From NCBI GenBank assembly GCA_026388155.1, contig JAPLKI010000016.1:198705-262704 (forward strand): 64,000 bases of DNA, in the 5' to 3' direction. The DNA is from Elusimicrobiota bacterium. GTDB taxonomy: Bacteria > Elusimicrobiota > Elusimicrobia > Elusimicrobiales > UBA9959. Shown here piece after piece: positions 54,177 through 62,984 of the stretch. How positions within the stretch are numbered: the stretch's first letter is position 1; each line of letters starts with the position of its first letter. Below the pieces are notes generated by a model. The model made no database searches and was not told the DNA's origin. It saw nothing but the letters and a program-made list of their open reading frames with translations. The translations under genes and the position numbers were made by a program.

Positions 54177-54270
54177 GAAGACAGAATTCAGTAGTCAGAA
54201 TCCAGAATATGGAACTTACTTATTGTCAGCGTCACAATTCTGGCTCCTGAATTCTGACTTCTGGCTACTT
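54177..54270. repeat. Word-palindrome element family W2, copy 3
   Basis: GAAGACAGAATTCAGTAGTCAGAATCCAGAA...AATTCTGGCTCCTGAATTCTGACTTCTGGCTAC between the TolC gene and emrA. Confidence 0.65.
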
Positions 54271-54279
54271 GCGTAGTTC

Positions 54280-55590
54280 TTAAAACTTCAGATCTTTCAT
54301 CCGGCCTAGCGCGAGCGTCAGCCGTATGTTAGCTTCCTTGTGCCTGGACAAGGCATCCACACGGTTGTCCCGGGCGCGGGACAGAGCGGTCTGGGCGTTC
54401 ACCAGCTCCTCATTGTCCCCCACCCCGGCGGAGAAGCGGTTGCGGGACATCTCCAGCTCCTGCTCCGCCAGCGTTATGGTCATCGAGGCGGTTTCAACCT
54501 CTTCCGCTGAGGCTTTAAGCCGGTAAATGGCGATTCTTACTTCCTCCTCCACCTGCACCGACGCGTCGTTGAGGCGGCTTTCGGACTGGGTCTTTAAAGC
54601 TGAAGCCGCGTCTATGCCGGCATCAATGCGGCCTCCGGCGAAAAGCGGCAGCCTGGCCGATATCCCTACGTCGCCGACGAGTTTGACTTCATTATCGGGG
54701 TTCTGGCCGCTCATCGCGGCCGAGCCGGAAACATTTACCGAGGGCAGGCGGGCTCCTTTTGCCGCATCCAGAACATATTCTCCGGCGGAAACTTCCGTCT
54801 TCGCTATCGCTATTTCAAGCCGTGCCGTCAGCGCGTAATTTACCGCCTTGCCCGGGTCAAATGGACGGGCAGGTGAAAAGGACAGTTCTTCTGTAAGGCT
54901 TATTTCTTCGGCCAGAGGCAGGCCGAGTATATGTTTCAAGCGCAGGCGGGCTTCTTCCAAAGCGGTCCGGGCCCGGATTACCCTAAGACTCTCTTCCGCC
55001 TCGCGTGTCTTGGCCCTTACCACGTCCAGGCCGGTGGCGGTGCCGGCATAGTGCTTGTTCTCCGCCAGCGTCCTCAGGCTTGCGGCCATATCCCGTCCGG
55101 CGGCGGCCGAGTTCTCCGCCGCGGCGGAGCGCAGAACATCCAGGTAGGCAAGGGCGGCTGCGGCTGTTACCTGTTCTTTAACCAATTCCAGCCGCAGGGC
55201 GGCGATTTTCTCCTCTTCTTTTTTAGACCGGGCCAGGCCCCGGGACGAAAGATCCAGAACGCTCGCCACCAGGCGCAGCCGCGCGTCGAAAGTGTTAAAA
55301 GGGCCCATCAGGTATGCCCCTCCGCCGGGCGCGGCGCCGAAGCCCAGGGCGGTAAGGTTTTCCTTGAACGTGCGCTCCTGCGACAGCGAAAATTCCACCT
55401 GAGGCAGAAGCCTGGCCGCGGCAGCCAGTGCCGCGGCTCTCTGAGCGTCTCCGGAGGCGGCGGCCAGCTTTACGTAAAGATTGTTCTTCAGCGCCAGGTC
55501 TATGCTTTGCGTGATATCCAACCCGGGGGCGGCGTGGACCGGCGCGCACAAGAGCGGCGTAATAAAGAGAATAAATATAATATTTTTCAT
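54280..55590 (-). CDS. TolC-family outer-membrane efflux protein
   Basis: Signal peptide and TolC repeat pattern. ATGA overlap with the MarR gene. Confidence 0.8.
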   Translation of the reverse strand: MKNIIFILFITPLLCAPVHAAPGLDITQSIDLALKNNLYVKLAAASGDAQRAAALAAAARLLPQVEFSLSQERTFKENLTALGFGAAPGGGAYLMGPFNTFDARLRLVASVLDLSSRGLARSKKEEEKIAALRLELVKEQVTAAAALAYLDVLRSAAAENSAAAGRDMAASLRTLAENKHYAGTATGLDVVRAKTREAEESLRVIRARTALEEARLRLKHILGLPLAEEISLTEELSFSPARPFDPGKAVNYALTARLEIAIAKTEVSAGEYVLDAAKGARLPSVNVSGSAAMSGQNPDNEVKLVGDVGISARLPLFAGGRIDAGIDAASALKTQSESRLNDASVQVEEEVRIAIYRLKASAEEVETASMTITLAEQELEMSRNRFSAGVGDNEELVNAQTALSRARDNRVDALSRHKEANIRLTLALGRMKDLKF

Positions 55591-56108
55591 ATTTTCCTGA
55601 AAGCGGGTATATTGGAGTTTATCTTGTCGAGAAAGCTTACCAGCGTTTTCCGTTCAGCCTCCGACAGGCAGGACATCAGCTTCGCCACGCGGCGCAGACG
55701 CCCCGGCGCCAGAGAATCCACAAGACGCGCACCCTGCGGGGTGAGGGCCACCATTATGGAGCGGCGGTCGCCTTCAAAAGGCAGGCGTTTCGCCAACCTC
55801 TCGCGTTCTATTCCGTCGATCAGGCCGGTAACCGAGGCCCGCTCTATGCCCAGTTTTTCCGCAAGTTCCCTGGGATGCAGGCCGCGCCACCCGGCCTGCC
55901 GCAGGCGCATCAGCAGGCGGAAGCGGGCCTGCGAAATGCCGTGCTTTGCCAGCGTAAAATTCACGGCCGACAGGAGCTCGGCGGACATGCTCAGCAGAGC
56001 GCTGAAAACTTCCATGGCCGAAGCGTCCGTTTCCGGGTAGACGGCGGCCAGATCGTCGAGACCCGGGCCGCGAGGCATGTTTTTGAGAAGGAATTTATGT
56101 TGTGCCAT
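55587..56108 (-). CDS. MarR family transcriptional regulator
   Basis: Winged-helix region ISQARFRLLMRL...HPRELAEKLGIERASVTGLIDGIERERL. Confidence 0.8.
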   Translation of the reverse strand: MAQHKFLLKNMPRGPGLDDLAAVYPETDASAMEVFSALLSMSAELLSAVNFTLAKHGISQARFRLLMRLRQAGWRGLHPRELAEKLGIERASVTGLIDGIERERLAKRLPFEGDRRSIMVALTPQGARLVDSLAPGRLRRVAKLMSCLSEAERKTLVSFLDKINSNIPAFRKI

Positions 56109-56339
56109 AAGGGTTCGCGACAGAATAGTTAGGAACCATATTATATGGTTTCTAACTACCCCGTGTCAAATCCTGAACCTGCGGGTAAATTCAGGCTATG
56201 CCGGCGCCTCCGGAAGGTTATGCCGCGCCGGGGAATATCGGGCTTAAGCCGGAACGCGCTTGAAAAGCGCGAGTGTATAATATAAACTGAAAACCTGCGG
56301 CCGTTCTTACGGCGATTTTTGGATATCAGGGGGATTGTC

Positions 56340-57476
56340 ATGAAAAATATAACTGCATTAATATTGTTTTTTTCCTGCGGCCTGCTTTGCGCCGGGGAAC
56401 GGGCGCCGGACCTCGGCATAAAGATCGGGCAGTTTGAGCGCGGCAGATATGACGCCATCACAGATGTGGCGGGCGTTAAGGTAGGGCATGCAACTCTGAT
56501 TTCCGGGAAAGGCGCGCTTGAGCAGGGAAAGGGTCCGGTAAGAACCGGCGTCACCGTTATCATCCCCGCCGAAGGGGACATCTGGAACTCAAAAGTCGCC
56601 GCGGGGTCTTTCGTGCTGAACGGCAACGGCGAGGCGACGGGGCTTATGTGGGTGCAGGAATCGGGAATATTGGAAACCCCGATCGCGCTGACCAATACGC
56701 TCAGCGTCGGGAACGTTCAAAGGGGCCTTGTGGAATGGATGCTGCAAAACCATCCCGCCGTAGGCATTTCTGACGATACCCTTACCCCCGTGGTTTTTGA
56801 ATGCGATGACAGCTCGCTTAACGACATACGCGGAATGCATGTGAAGCCGGAGCATGTTTTTGAAGCCATTGCCAAAGCCTCCTCCGGCCCGGTAACGGAA
56901 GGGGCTGTGGGCGCGGGAACAGGCATGATCTCTTACGAATTTAAGGGCGGGATCGGAACCGCCTCCAGGAAAGTGCCGAAGCCCGCTTATGTTGTGGGGG
57001 TGCTTGTGAACGCGAACCACGGCATCAGGGAAAACCTGCGCATAAACGGCATTCCGGTGGGACGGAAAATAGCCGACCTTAAACCGAAGCTCAGGCAGGA
57101 CGGCTCTATCGTGGTGATAGTGGCGACCGACGCCCCCCTGGATGCCCGCCAGCTTTCGCGGCTGGCAAAAAGGGCGATGCTTGGCGTGGCCAGAACAGGG
57201 GCTGTCGCCTACCACGGCAGCGGCGATGTGGCGCTTGCTTTTTCAACCGCGAACAGAATTCCGCATTATCCCAAGGTCCCTGTTATGAACATGGCTGTGC
57301 TGTCGGATTTCTGGATCGACGACCTGTTTGAAGCTACCGCCGACGCCGCGGAAGAAGCGGTAATAAACGTTCTTCTTTCCGCCGAAACCGTTGAGGGCAG
57401 GGATGGAAATACCGCCTACGCGCTTCCTCACGACCGCCTTAAAGAATTGCTGAAGAAATATGGGGATGGAGAGTAG
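56340..57476 (+). CDS. P1/DmpA-family (S58) aminopeptidase, exported
   Basis: DAITDVAGVKVGH N-terminal motif and GAGTG...FKGGIGTAS self-processing region. ATG at 56340 after AGGGGG. Confidence 0.7.
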   Translation: MKNITALILFFSCGLLCAGERAPDLGIKIGQFERGRYDAITDVAGVKVGHATLISGKGALEQGKGPVRTGVTVIIPAEGDIWNSKVAAGSFVLNGNGEATGLMWVQESGILETPIALTNTLSVGNVQRGLVEWMLQNHPAVGISDDTLTPVVFECDDSSLNDIRGMHVKPEHVFEAIAKASSGPVTEGAVGAGTGMISYEFKGGIGTASRKVPKPAYVVGVLVNANHGIRENLRINGIPVGRKIADLKPKLRQDGSIVVIVATDAPLDARQLSRLAKRAMLGVARTGAVAYHGSGDVALAFSTANRIPHYPKVPVMNMAVLSDFWIDDLFEATADAAEEAVINVLLSAETVEGRDGNTAYALPHDRLKELLKKYGDGE

Positions 57477-57568
57477 GGGCGAGCGGCTAGTGGCGGGAGG
57501 CTGGGGAGAGGGTGCAGAAATAAGGAATTCCTTCCCTAAACCCTAGCCCCTAGTCTCTAGCCCCTGCC
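57474..57568. repeat. Word-palindrome element family W1, copy 4
   Basis: GTAGGGGCGAGCGGCTAGTGG...ATAAGGAATTCCTTCCCTAAACCCTAGCCCCTAGTCTCTAGCCCCTG. Confidence 0.7.
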
Positions 57569-57569
57569 T

Positions 57570-58661
57570 TCACCTGCCGCAGTCCTGCGGGCAGCGGCCC
57601 GGGTGCGCTCTTTCAAAGGCGTCGCATATCCCGTCCCCGCAGTAGCCGTGCTGCCGCACCGGTCTGGTCCAGCGGATACGCCGTATGGAAGGTACTATAT
57701 CGGCCTGGCTGAAGTGAATCGGCTTAAGCCGGGGGATTTGCGTTCTTTGGTCTTCGGGCAACGCGGGCTTATATGGTTTTTCCACTCCGACATCCGGTTT
57801 TTTGGGGCCTGCCATGGCTTTTTTTTCAGGCAGAATTTTTTCTTCCACTATCCCCGCCACGGTACGGCTGCGCAGGCCCTCAGGGTCCAGGTCTTTCAGG
57901 AAACCCAGCCAGGCGTAGAAGGCCCCGAATTCCGAAGGGGAACTTTTGAACGACGCGCAGTAAGCGCCGCTCTCCATTCCGGAAAAAGCTTTTTTTGAAG
58001 CTTCGATCCCGGCTTTGTCGGCCGGATGAGAGCATGAAAGCCGCTTTTTTCCCTTTCCGGGTCCGCCGGCGCTGGCCAGAAATTCATTTACACCTTCAAA
58101 AACCTTACCCGCCTTTCCCGCGCCGGCCATTTTCATGTCCGGGCCAGGACAGGCTTCGTATTCCGGCGCGGCAGCCAGGAACTTTTTGTCCACCTTGTCC
58201 ATCATGCAGCCCGTCTTTATTTCCGCAGCCAGGCGGCTTAGAGCGGCGAAATAGTCGAGGTGGGTGCCCGCATGTTCAGTTGTTTTTGCTCTTTTCCGCT
58301 CCAGCTCCAATGCCTCTCCCGTCAGGTCGCAATAACCATCCCAGGCCTTTGTGTCCGGGCCCTGATGAAAAGCTCCTATCTCATGTCCGGTTTGTTTCCA
58401 GCTCTCCAGTTCCGTCAGCCGGACCGGGTCGGAAGAAATATAATCCGCGTATTGCGCGCTGAACATAAGCGTCAGTCGCACATGCCGCGCGTCCGCCAGT
58501 TTGACCATTTCCCGGAGCACCTTATGAGAGTCCTCCAGTTGTTCCATACCGCCCTTGAAATTATAAGCGCCGTTCTGCACTTCTATAAAATAATAGGGCC
58601 GGGCCCCGCCGGCGCGCGCCGCGGCCGGAAGCAGAAATATCAGTATGAGAATTATTCGCAT
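57570..58661 (-). CDS. Secreted hypothetical protein with a Cys-rich C-terminus
   Basis: Signal peptide. C-terminal CGDGICDAFERAHPGRCPQDCG. No domain recognised. Confidence 0.5.
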   Translation of the reverse strand: MRIILILIFLLPAAARAGGARPYYFIEVQNGAYNFKGGMEQLEDSHKVLREMVKLADARHVRLTLMFSAQYADYISSDPVRLTELESWKQTGHEIGAFHQGPDTKAWDGYCDLTGEALELERKRAKTTEHAGTHLDYFAALSRLAAEIKTGCMMDKVDKKFLAAAPEYEACPGPDMKMAGAGKAGKVFEGVNEFLASAGGPGKGKKRLSCSHPADKAGIEASKKAFSGMESGAYCASFKSSPSEFGAFYAWLGFLKDLDPEGLRSRTVAGIVEEKILPEKKAMAGPKKPDVGVEKPYKPALPEDQRTQIPRLKPIHFSQADIVPSIRRIRWTRPVRQHGYCGDGICDAFERAHPGRCPQDCGR

Positions 58662-58673
58662 ATTTTTACATAA

Positions 58674-58708
58674 AAAAGGCCCGCGGTTAAGCGGGCCTCT
58701 TTTTTTAG
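58674..58708 (-). terminator. Terminator of the cold-shock gene
   Basis: AGGCCCGC-loop-GCGGGCCT flanked by A6 and T7. Confidence 0.7.
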
Positions 58709-58720
58709 GCAGGAGTTACT

Positions 58721-58924
58721 TTAAAGTTTGACAACTTTAGTGGCCTTGGGGCCTTTTTCACTCTGCGTCACTTCGAACTCCACTGCCTGGCCCTCCGCGA
58801 GCGTTTTGAAACCCTCGCCGGGGATGTCCTGATGATGCACAAATAGATCCTTCCCGCCGTCGTCCGGGGTAATGAATCCGTAACCTTTCTGATCGTTAAA
58901 CCACTTCACTTTTCCTTTAGGCAT
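58721..58924 (-). CDS. cspA: Cold-shock protein (CspA family)
   Basis: [15 protein letters not shown] (RNP1) and VHH (RNP2), 67 aa. Confidence 0.95.
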   Translation of the reverse strand: MPKGKVKWFNDQKGYGFITPDDGGKDLFVHHQDIPGEGFKTLAEGQAVEFEVTQSEKGPKATKVVKL

Positions 58925-59187
58925 TGTATTATTTTCCTTAACTGCTCTTTAACTTCAGCGCCACTTCTTTCTGCGCTGTAGTTATATTATACCCTTATTC
59001 CGTGAGGATTGATACGATTTTTATTAAAAGACGCATTCAAGGTGCCAGTGCAACAAAACTACCAAAGACTTCTGCCGGTGTTCTAACGCCCTAGCAAAAC
59101 CCGTGATTTTTTTAAATAAGGAAAATTATTTTGATATAATTAACACATCAATATTCCCCGGTAGCTCAATGGTGGAGCGATCGGCTG

Positions 59188-59728
59188 TAGACAAAAGCGG
59201 GGACTGATGCGGGACAAGCGGCGATATAGTGACCGCAGAGAATACCTTATAGAAGCTGTCAGAAAGCGGAGAAGGAAAATCCGGGAAATGGCGGTGGATT
59301 ATAAGGGCGGCAAATGCCGGCTGTGCGGTTACAATAAGTGCAGCGAAGCGCTTGAGTTTCATCATCTTGACTCTTCCGTTAAAGACTTTGGGATATCACA
59401 CAAGGGATATACCAGAGGCTGGAAAAGGGTCAAAATGGAACTTGATAAATGCGTAATGCTGTGCGCCAATTGTCACAGAGAGGTTCACGCCGGAAAGCAG
59501 CTTCTACGGGAAACCGTAGTTGAAAAACCAGGTGAACTCAGGGAAACCCTTAAAAAATAAGGGCAATCCTGAGCCAAGCCGCGAACAACATCGCGGAAGG
59601 TGCAGAGACTATCCCGAAAGGGAGTACTGTCCTTCGCAGTTAAGGATGGGAAGCGCCTGGGTCCGTAAAGAGCGAGTGTTCCACGGATATGATATAGTCC
59701 AAGCTCTGAAGCAATTCAGAGGCTCTTG
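59188..59728 (+). ncRNA. Group I intron, IC3-like (tRNA-intron type)
   Basis: Follows a U and ends in G. Core blocks CTCAGGGAAACC, GGCAATCCTGAGCCAAGCC and GGAAGGTGCAGAGACTA, plus GAAA- and GCAA-tetraloop hairpins, as in cyanobacterial tRNA-Leu introns. Confidence 0.85.
59207..59560 (+). CDS. HNH homing endonuclease (intron-encoded)
   Basis: CRLCGY...LEFHHLD...N...CVMLCANCHREVH HNH/zinc motif, 117 aa, lies wholly within the intron. Confidence 0.8.
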   Translation: MRDKRRYSDRREYLIEAVRKRRRKIREMAVDYKGGKCRLCGYNKCSEALEFHHLDSSVKDFGISHKGYTRGWKRVKMELDKCVMLCANCHREVHAGKQLLRETVVEKPGELRETLKK

Positions 59729-59766
59729 TAACCGATAGGTTGTAGGTTCGAGTCCTACCCGGGGAG

Positions 59767-59810
59767 AAAAAATTTAGGCCACCTTTAATTTACGGTGGCC
59801 TAAATTTTTT
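59767..59810 (+). terminator. Terminator after the tRNA gene (bidirectional form)
   Basis: AAATTTAGGCCACC-loop-GGTGGCCTAAATTT followed by a T-run. Confidence 0.7.
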
Positions 59811-60035
59811 CTCCCTTGTTGCTCGAGCCTCTTCCCAGGTTCGTGTGCGACTTTACATCTCGCGTTTCCCCAAGGAGCCGCGCGGAGCGCCGTCCTACCA
59901 CCCAGTAAGGCCGCCTTTAATTTAGGGCGGCCTTAAATTTTCCCCCCTGTCGATTCGAACCTCCTCCCAGGTTCGTGTGCGACTTCGCATCTCGCGTTTC
60001 CCCAAGGAGCCGCGCGGTGCGCGTGTCCTACTCAA
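59776..60035. repeat. Two tandem ~125-bp units (hairpin plus an 85-bp conserved block)
   Basis: Unit 1 is about 59776-59895 and unit 2 about 59897-60035. The hairpin changes GGCCaCC/GGtGGCC to GGCCgCC/GGcGGCC, which is compensatory. Confidence 0.65.
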
Positions 60036-60088
60036 AAGGCCCCTTTACGGAGCTTTTTAATTCCCCGCCCTGTTAACCACAAAGTGCT

Positions 60089-60793
60089 TTATTTCTCGCT
60101 CTTTTTCAGGTCAAACTTTATTTTTACGCGCTCCCCGTCTATTTCCATCTTGCCGGTATTGGCCGCGGCCTCCTCCGGGATCGGCAGTATTTTTACGTAG
60201 CTTTGAGAGGACTCTTTTTTTATTATTCCGCCCGCGCTTTTTTCCTCGGAGGAGATTTTCGCGCTGAACGATAATTTTATGCGGTCATTTGTTATATCGA
60301 TATCTGCGATCTTGGCGATCAGACCGGGCACATATATGATAAGCGTCACATCCCTGTTCGCCCTCAGAATATCCACTTTAAATTCTTCAATGCCCAGCCT
60401 TTGCGCGAACCATTTATCCCAGTAATTATCAAAAAGGGTCTTTTTAGGCCCCGCGAACACATCCCGCATTTGCCGGTGTATATGCTCCATCTCGGTAAAA
60501 GGGTTGTAATCCCTTGAAAAGAACCGGTCGTTAAAGAAAACGTCAAAATCCCGCTCCTGCAGGGGAGTGCCCAGGTTAAGCTGCCCCTTAATTTTGTCGC
60601 GCCACGTTTCAAATTCCTCCCATCGCGAATCAGAGGCTTTTTCGGCGTGAAAACTTTTCTGGATCTCCGGCCGTAAAGGCTGCTGTTCAAGATCCTCTGT
60701 GGCGGCCAGGCTGTGCTTGTGTATGAAACGCGCCTGCCCGAGGGTTAAGACCACAAGAACTGCGATAGCAAGCCATAGGTATTTTTCCCGCAT
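60089..60793 (-). CDS. Membrane-anchored protein with a C-terminal Hsp20/alpha-crystallin-like domain
   Basis: N-terminal TM. The C-terminal pattern FKVDIL...IIYVPGL...DIDITNDRIKLSF...ILPIP...GERVKIKF resembles an ACD. Confidence 0.45.
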   Translation of the reverse strand: MREKYLWLAIAVLVVLTLGQARFIHKHSLAATEDLEQQPLRPEIQKSFHAEKASDSRWEEFETWRDKIKGQLNLGTPLQERDFDVFFNDRFFSRDYNPFTEMEHIHRQMRDVFAGPKKTLFDNYWDKWFAQRLGIEEFKVDILRANRDVTLIIYVPGLIAKIADIDITNDRIKLSFSAKISSEEKSAGGIIKKESSQSYVKILPIPEEAAANTGKMEIDGERVKIKFDLKKSEK

Positions 60794-61111
60794 AGCTGTT
60801 TCCTCCTTGCGTTCTGCCGTCCTCGGACAGAATTATCAAAAACGCAAATATTCATCCGCAACCGACATTCTATACCCTTTTCAGCGTAAAAATCAATTAT
60901 TTTTTGAGCAAAAAAAATTTTTATGCGGCATATTGACACCTTATTCCATTTTTAAGGAAAAAAATAACAAGAGGAGAACATGCGGTTTCCCCTTATGGCG
61001 GAAGGACAATTGTCTGCCCTCTGGGTTTTATAATTATCTGCTTCCGGGAAACTCAATAGCGAGCGCAAAAAACATATAATAATTATCGGGCAGCACTCAA
61101 TTTGCGGATTT

Positions 61112-62110
61112 ATGACAAAGATATCATTGCTCGTTATTTTATTTCTCGCTCCGGCGGCAGCGCGCGCCGGGGAGGAGCGCGGCGCAGTTAAAGCCGAAGC
61201 GCTTATTCCTTCTTCTATTCCCGTTGACAAGCCGGCCCAGCCGGGGCTTACAGCGGAACTGCGCCAGAAGGTTAAGACCCTCGGATTTAACGGTTTGGGG
61301 ATTCCCGGCGGAGCGGTGTCGCGCGCGCTGCTGTTGCTGCCTAACGACCGCGCCCGGGCCGGTATTATTAATTTTGAGATCGAGGCCGGCAGCCGGGCCG
61401 GGGTTTACCAGTGCGAGGCATTGGGCCGCGGCCTTACCTCAACCGCCCCTGTGGCCGGCTGGCAGCAGGGCCTGCTGGGAAGCGCCACGGTCTATTACGC
61501 GCCAAAGGATTCCTCCGACGGCGCCACGATGCCCGGCGTTTACGACTTGCGTAATATTTCCCCCGACCGCTACGAGATAGCCCTGCTGGGCAGCCCGGGC
61601 ACTCCGGAGGAGGAAGCTGCTGTTCTGGCCAAAACTCAAATTAAAGACGCGGAACGCCGTCCGTTTTTTTCAGGCGTATGGCGGGATTGGTATCCGGCGG
61701 GCGTCGCACTTATGCCGGTGGATCTGGTCTGGGCTGAGAATTTTCAGGCCGGTTCCCAGGGTGAGGGCGTGCCGTTCTTCGAGCGCCGCCCCGTGCCGTC
61801 TGGCCCTGCGTCCAAAGCCAGGCAGGCGGCGCAGTTGGACCATAACCCTAAATATTATTACGGCCCGTACGGACGCTCCGGTTTCGCCGTGCATACCGAC
61901 GTCTGGGACGACCCTGTAACTCACACCGACCCTGAATACGCCGGGCGGCCCGAGCTTTCGGATTTCCGCTGGCGCGACACCTACGGCTGCGTAAAACTGC
62001 GGCCCGGCTGCCTGGCCCTGCTGAACGAATTTATAGCGGAACAGGCGGCGCTGGGCCGCCGCGTGCAGCTGGAGGTGAGAGAAACCGGGCTGCTGGACAA
62101 ACTGCCGTAA
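61112..62110 (+). CDS. Secreted hypothetical protein, possibly L,D-transpeptidase-like (YkuD fold)
   Basis: Signal peptide. C-terminal GFAVHTD...TYGCVKLR resembles the H...(S/T)xGC(I/V)(R/K) catalytic motif. Confidence 0.35.
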   Translation: MTKISLLVILFLAPAAARAGEERGAVKAEALIPSSIPVDKPAQPGLTAELRQKVKTLGFNGLGIPGGAVSRALLLLPNDRARAGIINFEIEAGSRAGVYQCEALGRGLTSTAPVAGWQQGLLGSATVYYAPKDSSDGATMPGVYDLRNISPDRYEIALLGSPGTPEEEAAVLAKTQIKDAERRPFFSGVWRDWYPAGVALMPVDLVWAENFQAGSQGEGVPFFERRPVPSGPASKARQAAQLDHNPKYYYGPYGRSGFAVHTDVWDDPVTHTDPEYAGRPELSDFRWRDTYGCVKLRPGCLALLNEFIAEQAALGRRVQLEVRETGLLDKLP

Positions 62111-62111
62111 A

Positions 62112-62145
62112 CCCCGCACTTTGGCCCTCTCGGAAAAAGTGCGGG
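62112..62145. repeat. Conserved hairpin CCCCGCACTTT-N13-AAAGTGCGGGG, copy 2
   Basis: Matches 19620-19652. Confidence 0.6.
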
Positions 62146-62199
62146 GCAAATCGGGAATATTGCAGGATATGGGCAACAACGCAAAGGGGAAAGTATAAA

Positions 62200-62397
62200 A
62201 TGAAAAGACTTTACAGAAGCAGTGAAAACAAGGTGTTTGCCGGCGTGCTTGGCGGACTGGGAGAGTATTTCAACGTTGACCCGGTGCTGTTAAGGCTGTG
62301 CTATGTTTTTCTGGTGATTTTTACGGCCATCATACCGGGCCTCATCGCCTACGTCGTGTCCATCTTCGTGGTCCCCGAAAAACCTGCCACACCTTAA
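62200..62397 (+). CDS. PspC domain-containing membrane protein
   Basis: RLYRSSENKVFAGVLGGLGEYFNVDPVLLRL PspC signature, 65 aa. Confidence 0.8.
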   Translation: MKRLYRSSENKVFAGVLGGLGEYFNVDPVLLRLCYVFLVIFTAIIPGLIAYVVSIFVVPEKPATP

Positions 62398-62448
62398 AGA
62401 TCCGCCGCTTTTTGAGTGGCGGGTTTTAAAAATGTAAGATATCAACTG

Positions 62449-62955
62449 ATGGAAAAGCAGAATTTAAACGTCTCGGCTGATAATGCGCGACCGTATCAGA
62501 CCAAGATCTCTTTCGGCATCACGTCCGCTGTCATCACGAGCCTGGCGCTTATTACCGGCCTGGATACGCTGACACATCCGAAATCAGGCATTATAGGCAG
62601 CATACTGGTAATAGCCCTGGCGGACAACCTGTCCGATTCAATGGGGATACATTTCTATCTGGAATCGGAGCACATCCAAGGCAAAGAGGTCTGGCTTTCT
62701 ACGCTGACCAATTTTTTGGCGCGGTTGGGCGTATCTCTCAGCTTTATTTTGCTTATCGGCTTCCTGCCGATACGAACGGCGGTCAATTGTTCCATTATCT
62801 GGGGGTTGGCCATATTGGCCGGGTTGAGCTACGCCATAGAACACAAGCGGGGGACGAACCCGTTTCACGAAGCTTTCGTGCATCTGAGCCTTGCCGTTCT
62901 GGTAATAACCGGAAGCCATTTTGCCGGAAGTTTTCTCATAGATAAATTCAAATAG
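62449..62955 (+). CDS. VIT1/CCC1-like integral membrane protein
   Basis: Multi-TM. GITSAVITSLALITGL and LADNLSDSMGIH segments resemble the VIT family. Start is the ATG at 62449 (GTG at 62416 is possible). Confidence 0.4.
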   Translation: MEKQNLNVSADNARPYQTKISFGITSAVITSLALITGLDTLTHPKSGIIGSILVIALADNLSDSMGIHFYLESEHIQGKEVWLSTLTNFLARLGVSLSFILLIGFLPIRTAVNCSIIWGLAILAGLSYAIEHKRGTNPFHEAFVHLSLAVLVITGSHFAGSFLIDKFK

Positions 62956-62984
62956 CGCGCGCGGTTTTTTTGTAGAATATCCGT

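Larger units (their letters stand above)
59154..59766 (+). tRNA. tRNA-Asn(GUU) interrupted by a 541-nt group I intron (exons 59154-59187 and 59729-59766)
   Basis: The joined exons give a perfect cloverleaf: acceptor TCCCCGG/CCGGGGA, anticodon stem ATCGG/CCGAT, loop CTGTTAA, T-arm GTAGG-TTCGAGT-CCTAC, discriminator G. CCA is not encoded. Confidence 0.8.

Noticed and set aside
59818-60033. Possible additional tRNA genes or tRNA halves in the tandem units (GGTTCG strings).
   Set aside because: No acceptor, anticodon or T stems can be formed on either strand. There is only a 12/15 match to the T-arm sequence. It is kept as a possible decayed remnant under findings, not annotated as a tRNA.
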